Positions 52,979-64,000 of a DNA stretch of 64,000 nucleotides are shown here, piece after piece; positions within the stretch are counted from its first letter, which is position 1, and each line of letters begins with the position of its first letter. The position numbers and the translations under genes are program-made. The stretch is from Phoronis australis. Lineage: Eukaryota; Animalia; Phoronida. Where the stretch lies: NCBI GenBank assembly GCA_002633005.1, contig NMRA01000091.1, positions 829,820 to 893,819 of the forward strand. The letters are read 5' to 3'. The notes under the pieces were generated by a model that saw only the letters and a program-made list of their open reading frames with translations, ran no database searches and was not told the origin of the DNA.

Positions 52979-54272
52979 TTTTCAGTAACCTATGTTAGTG
53001 TTGCATTTTTCTGTGTTCACTCTGCCTCTGTTCACGCACCCATAACGGAAAACTAATTGGGCGACCACCACTTTTTTGCAGATTTGTCAGTAGTAGGCAA
53101 AGACCAAAATTCAAGATTTAAAAACTTCATCAAAAAATTTAAACTGTGTGGAACACAATTAAAATGGTAATAACCTACAAGTTAATCATCTGCAAGTTTT
53201 CAAACGCTGTTTCCTACCATCAGTTGGTACAAAGTCAAAGCCCTTGACTGGCTAAAACAGAACAGGCTGAATTGGGCATCACAAACAGATCACAAACAAT
53301 AACACTGTAATACAGAATTAAATTAAATAATGACATTTAACATATGTGTATTGTGACATGAAAATGAAAGCAGCGCCGGAGAATGCAAGTAGTTGTTTTA
53401 GAAGACATATCTAGGTAAAGGCAAAGACTTACTTTAAAGGCTAAATTTTTCATAGAATAAATAAAAACAAGGTCTAAAGAAGGTAGTGCATAAAAATTCT
53501 TTTTAAATTTTAACACTTACTAGTTCATGAATTCCATCAAATTTAACAAGCAAGAAAAAACGCCTGTGTAACTCTAAGCAAAAACTAATTTGGCAACTTC
53601 TACATTGAAAAGCATATCATAATCCCCAATTTCTCATTTTTCAGGTTAAATCAAAATGAAACAAGCTCCATAATTGTGGCAAATGCATGGTAACTCCAAA
53701 TACATCAATACTGAAGATAATTATGTGTACTCATCAGACTGCATCATTTGTACTCAGTAAGTAATAAACTATACTAAACTATATTCACATTTACTTTCAT
53801 ATTTATTTCGGAATAGACAGACCACCAAGCTGTGAATAGTTCAGTGATCCACTGTCTCCAGAAAGCCACTAATCGTGGATTCTAATCAGTCTCTAATCTT
53901 TAAACCAGTCTTCATGGTTCATGTTTTATTCTACTTTCTGATTAAATCTCAAATTGCCTGCTATCATGGACACATTTGGTCCTTTAAGAAGCACAGGCCC
54001 TCTCTGCCGTGCATTATATTGTAAGGTGTAGAATTTGTTTACTGGGCTACCTCACTTAAAATGATCACACAACTGAAGAGGTTTGTGCCACCTTCACTCA
54101 ACATTCCCTGCAGCTTGCGGACCTAGGTCACTGACGCGGGCTGCTTCCGGCAATTTGGCCCGTCCCACCCGCCCGGCTCTGCAGCTTACGGGACTAGAGA
54201 GCACGCGCAGCCTCCGGCTGAGCTCTTCCCGTCCCCGGCGCCCGCTCGGCTCTCACTGCAGCTTAGGAACTA
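52979..54272. repeat. About 1.29-kb segment duplicated at 55415-56705 (probable allelic copies)
   Basis: Collinear and highly similar with SNPs and small indels; a single N at 54858 lies between the copies. Confidence 0.9.
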
Positions 54273-54857
54273 CCCAGTAAACATGCAGGTACTGGGCCAA
54301 TACTGGCCCTGAAATGTCTTCTGTATTGGCCCAATGATGTAGGCCAGTACTGGCCCAATAACATTCTGCACACCTTCCCCATATTGGCCCCGATACAAGA
54401 TTGCGGTATCGAGCCAGTAAAGGACCAGTACAACGCCATTACTGGGCCAGTACACCAATAACCGGTTTCGGCCCTGTAAAGGGCCAGTATTGACAGACTG
54501 TGTTGGCCCAGTACAGAGCCATTGATGGGCTCCTATTAAGCCAGTAGACTAGCTGTGACTTACAAGAAGAAAAGACTCTTGTTCTTTAATACTTTTATTA
54601 CAATGAAACTGCTCAGGTAAAATACTTACAAAAAAATTATGAATTATACAAATAACAACTAAGAAACTAATTATTTTTAACAAAACTGTCTCCGGCTTAT
54701 TAGTGGACTGGCAGCTTCACACAGTCTTCACCCTCCCTCCCTGTCTCCAGCGTTTCGGAACATGGTGCCTCTTTTACTACAAAGTTTGCATTAGCATTAC
54801 TGTGCTCCTTGACCACAATCCCTGAAATAAAACAAAAACTGCTTAGTATCTTTGAGT
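54273..54857 (-). mobile_element. EnSpm/CACTA (CMC)-like DNA transposon end carrying a terminal exon remnant
   Basis: Starts TA|CCCAGTAAACA at a TA that is empty in the duplicate copy. Many tactgggcc/ggcccagta subterminal repeats in both orientations. A minus-strand exon from 54821 encodes MFRNAGDREGG, resembling the DUF4806-type ORF tail, followed by AATAAA at about 54594. Confidence 0.6.
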
Positions 54858-54858
54858 N

Positions 54859-55414
54859 GGCGCTGCGCACTACGACTCCGTTTCCGTCGTCTGCTCCACT
54901 GTGCAAAGAAGAACATTTACTTCATTTTTTAAAGAAAATGGAACCCGAGTGACGATGAAAAAACAGAAGCTGCTGGTAAGATGTGAATTTTAATCGAAGT
55001 CTTAGTGAATCACTCAGAAACTCGCAATACTCTCTTTGTCAAACCTTATCTTAAGCCAAAGCAATCCCGTCATTATTGCCAACAAGAAAAACGGATTTGG
55101 TCTTTTGGGCATTTGAAGACTATTTTAAATACGACAAATTTATTGGTTACGCACGCCTGCGTTATGCCACAGGTCGTGAGTTCGAGTCTGTTAGACCCGT
55201 TTCCGTTTCTTTTTTTTTATTGCCTTTTTTTTCTTGGATAATACTTCAGGAATCAAGGAAAATGCTTGCTTTTTAGAGGTAAAAACAGAAAAATTTCCTG
55301 ACCTCTCCCCCATTCCGTGCTATGCGCATCTACAATCGTGGTTCAGTTTGCGCAAATGCTTACAGCCGGACAAAACGTTGGGCCCCCCCTTGTGATATCC
55401 TAGATCCGCCACTG
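54859..55414. mobile_element. hAT-like non-autonomous element fragment
   Basis: Ends with gatccgccactg (CAGTGGCGGATC terminus) and is absent at the matching position of the first duplicate. Related termini occur at about 49741, 59600 and 60323-60388. Confidence 0.6.
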
Positions 55415-56547
55415 TTTTCAGTAACCTATGTTAGTGTCGCATTTTTCTGTGTTCACTGTGCCTCTGTTCACGCACCCATAACGGAAAACCAATTGGGCCA
55501 CCACCACTTTTTTGCAGATTTGTCAGTAGTAGGCAAAGACCAAAATTCAAGATTTAAAAACTTCATCAAAAAATTTAAACTGGGTGGAACACAATTAAAA
55601 TGGTGCCGATTAATAACCTACAAATTAATCATCTGCACGTTTTCAAACGTTGTTTCCTACCATCAGTTGGTACAAAGTCAAAGCCCTTGACTAGCTAAAA
55701 CAGAACAGGCTGAATTGGGCATCACAAACAGAACACAAACAATAACACTGTAATACAGAATTAAATAAAATAATGACATTTAACATATGTGTATTGTGAC
55801 ATGAAAATGAAAGCAGCGAGAATGCAAGCAGTTGTTTTAGAAGATATATCTAGATAAAGGCAAAGACTTACTTTAAAGGCTAAATTTTTCATAGAATAAG
55901 TAAAAACAAGGTCTAAAGAAGGTAGGGCATAAAAATTCTTTTTAAATTTTAACACTTACTAGTTCATGAATTTCATCAAATTTAACTAGCAAGAAAAAAC
56001 GCCTGTGTAACTCTAAGCAAAAACTAATTTGGCAACTTCTACATTGAAAAGCATATCATAATCCCCAATTTCTCATTTTTCAGGTTAAATCAAAATGAAA
56101 CAAGCTCCATGCTAATTGTGGCAAATGCATAGTAACTCCAAATACTTCAATACTGTAGATAATTATGTGTACTCATCAGACTGCATCATTTGTACTCAGT
56201 AAGTAATAAACTATACTAAACAATATTCACATTTACTTTCATATTTATTTCGGAATAGACAGACCACCAAGCTGTGAATAGTTCAGTGATCCACTGTCTC
56301 CAGAAAGTCACTAATCGTGGATTCTAATCAGTCTCTAATCTTTAAACCAGTCTTCATGATTCATGTTTTATTCTACTTTCTGATTAATTCTCAAATTGCC
56401 TGCTATCATGGACACATTTGGTCCTTTAAGAAGCACAGGCCCTCTCTGCCGTGCATTGTATTGTAAGGTGTAGAATTTGTTTACTGGGCTACCTCACTTA
56501 AAATGATCACACAACTGAAGAGGTTTGTGAACCTTCACTCAACATTC

Positions 56548-57400
56548 CCTGCAGCTTGCGGACCTAGGTCACTGACGCGCTGCTTCCGGCAATTTGGCCC
56601 GTCCCACCCGCCCCGCTCTGCAGCTTACGGGACTAGAGCACGCGCAGCCTCCGGCTGAGCTTTTGCCGTCCCCGGCGCCCGCTCGGCTCTGCAGCTTAGG
56701 AACTAGGGCACGCGCCGCCTCCGGCAGCTTGGCCCGTCCAGCCTTCTCGGCTCTGCCTTCTACAGCGCAGTTCACGAGCCACCTCCGGCATCTTGGCCCA
56801 ACCTGCCTACTCCGTACTCGGCCCTGGCTACTACGGCGCAGGGCGCACGCGGCCGGCGGCCACTACCGGCAGCTTGGCCCATACCGCCTACTCGGCTGTG
56901 GCTACTACGAGACAGGGCACTGACGCGCCGCCTTCGGCAGCTTGGCAAAGGGCCGCGTCCCTGTCGTCGGNNNNNNNNNNNNNNNNNNNNNNNNNNNNNN
57001 NNNNNNNNNNNNNNNNNNNNNNNNNNNNNNNNNNNNNNNNNNNNNNNNNNNNNNNNNNNNNNNNNNNNNNNNNNNNNNNNNNNNNNNNNNNNNNNNNNNN
57101 NNNNNNNNNNNNNNNNNNNNNNNNNNNNNNNNNNNNNNNNNNNNNNNNNNNNNNNNNNNNNNNNNNNNNNNNNNNNNNGCCGCCTCCGGCAGCTTGGCCG
57201 AGGCCCGCCTCGCGCGCGGCTGCCGTCGGTCCCCGTCTTCGCAGCCTCCGGCAGCTTGGCCGAGGCCCCCTTCCCTGCCATCGGTCCCCGGCCGTCGGCG
57301 CCGCTCGTCCGGCAGCTTGGCCGAGGCCCGCCTCGCTGCCGTCCCCGTTGGCGCCGCCTCCGGAAGCTTGGCAGAGACCCGGCTCCCTGCAGTCCCTGGA
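56548..57400 (+). repeat. GC-rich array of a 22-nt core (gccgcctccggcagcttggcc) with variable spacers
   Basis: At least 10 cores around the gap at 56971-57178. Confidence 0.85.
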
Positions 57401-57976
57401 GGTACGTTAGAAAACCTATTTTTAGGGACTAGAGGCGCAATTCAATTTTTGTTCTTTAGCCATGTAAACAGGCCGAAATGTAGCTGGTTTTAAATTAATT
57501 TTTCTGCTCTTCCTTCTTTTATTTTGAGGGTACTGTATGATTAGATCTGGCAAAGGATCCAAGAGTTGTAGTGAAAAAATCTTTGAAGCAGTAAAGCAAC
57601 GTCAATGCAATTCAACATTGTCATTTTTAGTGTCTTGAATAATGCACATACTTTTATCATGCAAAAAAGAATTATTGGATCACCATAAATATTTACCGCG
57701 TACAAAGGAGTGGAATTTCAACTCCAGCGGGAATGGTTGAATGGTCCGTTCTGTAAGTTACATGTAAGCCTGGATTTATTTCCATTGCATATAACAAAGA
57801 TAACAGCTCGAAAATGAGAAGAAAAATAAACAAGACGCAGACGAAATCAAGTGTGTCCCATCCGATTTAAGACTGCTTTTTCAAACTGAGGATTGTTAAG
57901 ACAAAGTCAAACTGGAACCAGAAAAATACACTGTATGCATCCTGAGTTAAATTGGCCCTTCAGGTTAGTTATACCG

Positions 57977-58150
57977 TGATAGGGTTCTGTTTCCGTTACC
58001 AACATTAACGGTCGACTCGGAAACAATCGGCGACTCGAGATAACGCTTCAAATTTTACCGGGGTTGGCAACTCTCAAAATTCAAATTCGATGGTGGTGCA
58101 TCAATGCGTTTCTCGTGGCATGAGTTGGAAACGGAATAGAATCCTATCAC
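57977..58150. mobile_element. MITE-like element
   Basis: TIRs gtgatagggttctgtttccgtt and aacggaatagaatcctatcac. Confidence 0.65.
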
Positions 58151-60322
58151 TATAAAGAATATCATGGAACCGAAGTTTTGCTTTCAGCCAGCTAAACAGT
58201 TAGGCGAAACTGAATGCTGCTTTAAAAAAAAGTATCCAGCATTGTTCAAAATTTCCAATTTCTTACAAAACATTAGATGTTTAATTCTGTCGTACAGTAC
58301 TTTTCAAAAGGATCAGCAGAAAATTAGTACTTGATATCAAGAAGTCGGTAGATCAGTTACGTGCCAAGGTGCTGCCGGATTTAATATATTGATCAAATCA
58401 TCTCCGTAGCCAGCTATTACAAATTGAATATGCGAAATAGTGATTAGCATACTCTAAACCTTAACTTTGCTCTGTTTAGCGGGTTTAAAAACGAAAATCA
58501 AATCATTCACCTTTATTTGATAGGGTTTTATTGCTGCCCTACTCGAGTCACAGGCAACGCGTTCATTTAGTCCCTGGTAAACGGGGCGAAATACAGATTT
58601 AACAAAAATGTATTTTTAATTTCTAAATTACAAAAAAATATTGTTTTTTCACCATTTTCTATCCATTGAGTACGAGAGATGCATATTAAGCCATCTAATG
58701 TATTCCTTTCCAATTTGTTGGTAGGCCTACTTGTCCTGATTTAAACTCAATACTTCAATTAAACGAACCTTTTGTTTTTGCCAATCTTTCGCATAGGAAT
58801 TCTGTGACAAAACGAACCCATTGGCAACGTAACTAAGTGTTCACTAAGAGGCAATTGAAAGGTTTGTAATCCCCTGAGTTCGCGAGTCATGCCACATTGC
58901 CGCGCCTTTTTACGCGGCCTTTTTTAACCCAAGTGTTTCGCATATAAGCCTAGATATAGGCCTAAGAAGGCACAACCTTTTTGGCTACCATTGGACCTCC
59001 TAATGGCATTTTTTTCGATTGCTCCTGTATCAGCCTTTGGAGTTCCGTGGCGTTTTTTCAAGAACTTCGGTAAATAATTTTCTACACCGTATTGCCACTC
59101 CTTTAGACCCATGGGCCCACAACTCGGCGAAATACCATGCCCTTTTGCGACCTTTTTATCCATTGAAGTGCCTTGTGTATGGGCGCTGATGCCCCTAATC
59201 ATTTCGCACGGAACGTAGTTCCGCACAGAGACTCATGCGGGCTTAATGGCGCGGCAGTTACAGTAGGGTGGTTTCTGAATGATTGCAAAGGATCATTGCT
59301 TTCTACATCAATCAATTTATAATTCGGGTAGCTACATTTGCTGCCTCCGTAGCTTCGCGTTGGCTGCTCCCCAAAATGACTCAAGTCTTCCCTTCCGGTT
59401 GTGCACCCGATCACTGACACACCATCCGATGTACCGGTACGTAGACCTACATGGCTTGATCAATCCACTAAGTATTTAGCTTTCAGCCAGTGTCATCCAA
59501 TAAGTTTCACATGTGCTAGTACCTTTTTGTGTATTTTACTTTATGATGTATATTTTCTGAATTTGAGTGGTCAGTGAGTCCCGATTAGTAGCTGATATGA
59601 CAGGGGCGGATCCAGGATTTTGACTGAGTTAGGGGGGGGGNNNNNNNNNNNNNNNNNNNNNNNNNNNNNNNNNNNNNNNNNNNNNNNNNNNNNNNNNNNN
59701 NNNNNNNNNNNNNNNNNNNNNNNNNNNNNNNNNNNNNNNNNNNNNNNNNNNNNNNNNNNNNNNNNNNNNNNNNNNNNNNNNNNNNNNNNNNNNNNNNNNN
59801 NNNNNNNNNNNNNNNNNNNNNNNNNNNNNNNNNNNNNNNNNNNNNNNNNNNNNNNNNNNNNNNNNNNNNNNNNNNNNNNNNNNNNNNNNNNNNNNNNNNN
59901 NNNNNNNNNNNNNNNNNNNNNNNNNNNNNNNNNNNNNNNNNNNNNNNNNNNNNNNNNNNNNNNNNNNNNNNNNNNNNNNNNNNNNNNNNNNNNNNNNNNN
60001 NNNNNNNNNNNNNNNNNNNNNNNNNNNNNNNNNNNNNNNNNNNNNNNNNNNNNNNNNNNNNNNNNNNNNNNNNNNNNNNNNNNNNNNNNNNNNNNNNNNN
60101 NNNNNNNNNNNNNNNNNNNNNNNNNNNNNNNNNNNNNNNNNNNNNNNNNNNNNNCCAGCCTAAAGTGTAGGGATGCAGGGGTCTCGAATTTTTGGGTTTG
60201 CGGAAAAAAAGAAAAAACGGTACGGGGTTTGTTCAGGGCCTATGCATTGTTTATTCAGCCCCCGAGCCTCCCTGGTTGCGCGCATGTACTAGTCAGCAAT
60301 TCGCACCCGAACTGCCAAATCT

Positions 60323-60388
60323 CAGTGGTAGAATTTTAGTGGGGTGGGGGGGCATGGCCACCTTGGCCCCCCTAAATATCCGCCACTG
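60323..60388. mobile_element. Very small hAT-like MITE
   Basis: cagtggtaga ... tccgccactg termini with an internal G/C hairpin. Confidence 0.55.
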
Positions 60389-61139
60389 ATGTTCTCCGTT
60401 TCTAATCTTTGGCTTTCCCGTCGGGCTAGGCCCGGCGTCATGACAGGCGCCGGTCTCGTCCAACTATAGTGCCTTGACCTTGCATAGTGGTGCGTGCCTT
60501 GGCGACGCAGCACTGGTGGGGGGCGACTATGCTGGGGGCTATAACCCGGCCGCCCCTCACTGAGCGCCCCGGGGCCGGGTGCGCAGGCTCCGTGCCTTGT
60601 GTTGCAGAGTGTATAAAAATTGTAGATACCACTCACGTCGGATCACCAGTAGCGCAACACAGATCACCTGCAGCAGCTAGTCGGCCCCGGGTGGCTCATG
60701 GTCGGTAGGCCTACTCCCGGGCCGGCGTGAACCGACCGATCGAGAAGACGGCGGTACGGGCCAGTCTATTGACCATAGCAATTTTTCACATAATGTCATG
60801 ATATTTATCACTTTTCTTGTCCAGTAAATTCAAATGAACAAAACCCAATCAAATTATCATTCAGTTTGGGTCTAGTGTTGTTGGTTTTTGAAGATTGGTT
60901 TTCTGTGCCAAATATTTTGGAAAAAGTCAGATTTTTGAGGTCAAATTTCTCGAAAACGTGCGAGTCAAACCTTGGGAACTTTTTAGATTCTTAAAGTATA
61001 TTACTTAATGACCTTAAAAACACAATTATCTTGCCCCCAAAAAGTAGTCACGGAAGTGATTTTGTAGGCTGCCTGGAGTCGAATGCCCGGGATGGGCCTG
61101 TCAGTTTAGATCGGATGTTTGTTTAAACTGACACCAGAT

Positions 61140-61310
61140 GTCAGTGTCTATTGGCCTGTGCGGCGCGCCACCTTTATATACTTTGAAAATGAAGTGGTGG
61201 ATTTTCACGGAGCTACTGGTACAAAATTGCTGTCTTTTCTGTCCTTGTTTTACTCGTTGACGCTGTTCGAAGTATTAAATGGTAGACCCAGGTCGAAAAG
61301 TAAACCTGAG
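61140..61310 (+). other. Probable SMARCAL1 5' UTR exon (start approximate)
   Basis: CpG-rich context and a strong gag|gtaagt donor at 61310/61311; acceptor ttccag at 62253. Confidence 0.5.
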
Positions 61311-61569
61311 GTAAGTGTTATTGCAAGGTATCGGTCTGCGACGTGAAGAAATAGCTAATAAATCTCCCACGCTGCGGCGCTGTCGCGCCACTTGGCATTC
61401 AGTAACACTAACTCCAAACAAGAAATGCTTGTCCTGTCTTCAGTCATTTGGCATATGTAATGATTTATCAAAATTGCCACTTTTCTTGTGTTTTGCAAAG
61501 GCATTAATAATCATTTTACTTATTTTTAAATACCCCAGGTAAGTCAAACAAGTTTTTAATGTCACTGAA

Positions 61570-61840
61570 CTCACGCACCCAGCCTAAAGTAAAATGGGGG
61601 GGGGGTCTCTCGAATAATCGAATTTTTGAGAATGTGGACTTTTTATTAACGGGGTACGTTCAGAGCTATGAATTGTGCATTTGCCGAATTTTGGTAGTGC
61701 CTGCCTTTTTAGTGGACTTTTGTCTCGTTTTCTACTTTTTTGAGTTTTTGTTTCTCTGAGGCAGACCTTTTTACCCACTTCGATCGCCAAATGCGGGTGC
61801 TCAATCGAGCCTCCCCGAGCCCCCCCTGGGTGTGCGCATG
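61570..61840. mobile_element. MITE-like element; related partial copy at 60155-60286
   Basis: Shared ccagcctaaagt start, gttcag-g-ctatg interior and ccccgagcc..ctgg..gcgcatg end. Confidence 0.65.
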
Positions 61841-62259
61841 AAATCGGTTTTAAGTGCAAAGTATAGTAATAATTATGTCTTAGCTTACAATAATACTAAG
61901 ATGTTCCTAATGGTAGTCTGCTCAGTTGAGTGGTCACTGGTAAGCAGATCATGTACCTCTCCTCGTGCCAGCAAGTGTATGCTGAAGGCAGATGGTTATT
62001 GATATTGTGTCCTTATTGGCCAGCACTGGCATAAGGGCCGCGACAGCCAACGTCAGCACTCTCCAAGGTGAACAACAGTCGTCTTTCAATGCTGACAGGG
62101 GGCGTGCGCGGCAAAAGGCCAGCGCAGCAGTGAGACTCGTCAAATACTGTCTCACTACAAAAGTAAAAACGAAACAGCACTCTTCATCACTGTTCATGTC
62201 TCCAGAAAAGTTCACTTTGAGCCCTTTGAGTCGCAATTGATATTTAATTCCAGATGAGA

Positions 62260-63870
62260 ATGAGCAAGCCACTGAGTCGAGAGCAACTCCAGAGAATGGA
62301 GGAGAATAGAAAACGTGCATTGGAGCTACGTGCAGAGAAGGCTAAATTGTCCAGGCTGAACGACGTTATTCCTGTAAACACCAGACCACAAGATACAAAC
62401 AAGACTCAGACTGGCTTGAAGCCGGCATCAGTTTTGAAAGTGACTAATGGATCTTATGTAACTACTACGAATTCTACATCCAATAATCATATGACTACAA
62501 GCCTTGGCTCTATCTCAGGGTCACTAGGGTCACTCAAAAGTGACCACAGGTGCTTACCAGTCACAAGTTCATGTGCTGTAAGTGGTGGGATATCTTTGAA
62601 AATGTGTGGTGCTGCATCTAATCAGTTTCAGACATTGAGAGACTGCCCCTCAAAGCCTGCTCTAAAAGTTACTTGTCAACTGAACTCGGTAGATGGTGGA
62701 TCGAAAACGCTTCAGCATTCAAGCATATGTAATTCTTCAACCAATCGGGCTCAAACTTCATCCAGTTTATCTTCAAAGTCAACCAATCGGACTCAAACTT
62801 CATCCAGTTTATCTTCAAAGTCAACCAATCAGGCTCAAACTTCATCCAGTTTATCTTCAAAGCCAGTTAACGCAGCTGTGAATAAGACTTCTTTCAAGCA
62901 AAAAAACAATGGCTATGTCAAACCTATGGTGCCACCAAAGAGCTTGGATGCCCATAAATTTTTTGGTCACAAAAATATGACTGGAGTTTGTCGACTGATG
63001 TCAAGGGACCGTTTCCAAGTGGATGTTAGCTACTGTCAACCCCTTGTTGATTTTTTCAAGTTGTCATCAACTGGAAAATACGGTTTGTAGCTGGAAAAAA
63101 TTGATGTTTTAAAGACTTAAAGTAACTTTTACTTAGTTTTTAAAGTAGTTAGCAAAAGTCTCTTTTCAAAGCTCATTGGAAATGTAATGTTCAGCTGCAG
63201 TTATTTATCAGAAAAAGGTAACTGACAAAAATACAATTTTTCCAATTTTCAAAGACTTTTCAAAATGTTAATTTTGTTATCAATTTTTTAAATTGATAAA
63301 ATATTGACTGTTCTTTTCTAAAATATTGTGTGCTAAACATGAGAAGTGTATAGTTTGTGGCTTGCATAAGTTTCATGGAACCTAAATTTTGCCGGAATTT
63401 TCTGTAGATAAGCCCATGGGCTTGTATTCGGAAAATGAAAATTTTCAGGCATTTTAGTAACACCAAATAAACGAACAGGCATAATGCACCAACACCTTTT
63501 TCGTTACATTATAAATCATAAATTCTCCACAAATTAAATTTGTGACAAAACGTTGACCGTGAGTGGGCTTTTAAGAGGAAATTTTCCGAATGTGTACACT
63601 TGACACCAGAAGTTGTAACACCAAATAAACGCCAATGGGTATTTATTCGGCATCATTTTCCGAATAAACGCCCATGGGCATTTCGTTGAGTGGGCTTATC
63701 TACAGAAAATCCCTGTAATATCATGTGACATCATGTTGGTACATCATCGTATCTAAGGAGTGGTTGCTCTGCTGTATGCAGCAGTTTGCTGTAACTCTGG
63801 TGCTCTCCTTAAATTTTAGATCCCACATCAAAGTTATGGGACTTCAGCATGAGTGAATATAACAAAATAA
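62260..63870 (+). CDS. SMARCAL1: SMARCAL1 (HARP) annealing helicase, 5' part (exons 62260-63082 and 63820-63870; continues beyond window)
   Basis: N-terminal RPA-binding motif MSKPLSREQLQRMEENRKRALELRAEK; HARP domain GVCRLMSRDRFQVDVSYCQPLVDFFKLSSTGKY|DPTSKLWDFSMSEYNKI; phase-1 GT-AG intron. Confidence 0.92.
62737..62862 (+). repeat. In-frame 42-bp tandem repeat x3 (STNRAQTSSSLSSK) in the SMARCAL1 linker
   Basis: Three near-identical 14-codon units. Confidence 0.92.
63392..63716. mobile_element. Tigger/pogo-like MITE in a SMARCAL1 intron
   Basis: TIR cores attttctgtagataagccca and tgggcttatctacagaaaat; internal aataaacgcc repeats. Confidence 0.7.
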
Positions 63871-64000
63871 GTAAGTATTACCTGTACTCAACAGGGGGGT
63901 GGTTTAAATTTACATAACGATGACTTTCAAAACACGAGGGATCTGATCCTTATCAACAGTTTTAAATGTTGGGTTAGGTCTTGTAATGATTAATGTTTGG

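Noticed and set aside
56548-57400. CRISPR array call for the GC-rich motif-spacer array
   Set aside because: Cores are degenerate, spacers are mutually related and irregular in length, and there are no cas genes.
61900-62000. HDV-like ribozyme (tcctcgt loop) or RNase P RNA (cagactac on the minus strand)
   Set aside because: P3/P1 pairing around the loop is absent and there is no RNase P CR-I motif upstream.

Overview
This is eukaryotic, AT-rich, intron-rich DNA, most likely from an invertebrate animal draft assembly with N gaps, so most six-frame ORFs are spurious. Four spliced genes were reconstructed by hand from phase-consistent splice sites. (1) The 3' exons of an SDR9C-type (RDH16/HSD17B6-like) short-chain dehydrogenase (+, ends 2644). 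(2) An RBM45-like RNA-binding gene (-, about 6551-17368) that appears to stop after the HOA/pseudo-RRM domain. (3) A C10orf67-like (DUF4709/DUF4724) coiled-coil gene (+, 18915-47779) with a cluster of frame-preserving microexons, X-box motifs and possible alternative last exons. (4) The 5' part of SMARCAL1 (+, from 62260). Introns and intergenic DNA hold minisatellites, MITEs, an EnSpm/CACTA-like fragment and degenerate Penelope-type hammerhead cores. Four near-identical local duplications straddle N gaps and probably represent both haplotypes. No prokaryotic system or CRISPR array is supported. The best leads are the microexon cluster, the truncated RBM45, a multi-hairpin element in the first SMARCAL1 intron and a GC-rich motif-spacer array. 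Family assignments come from remembered motifs, not database searches.
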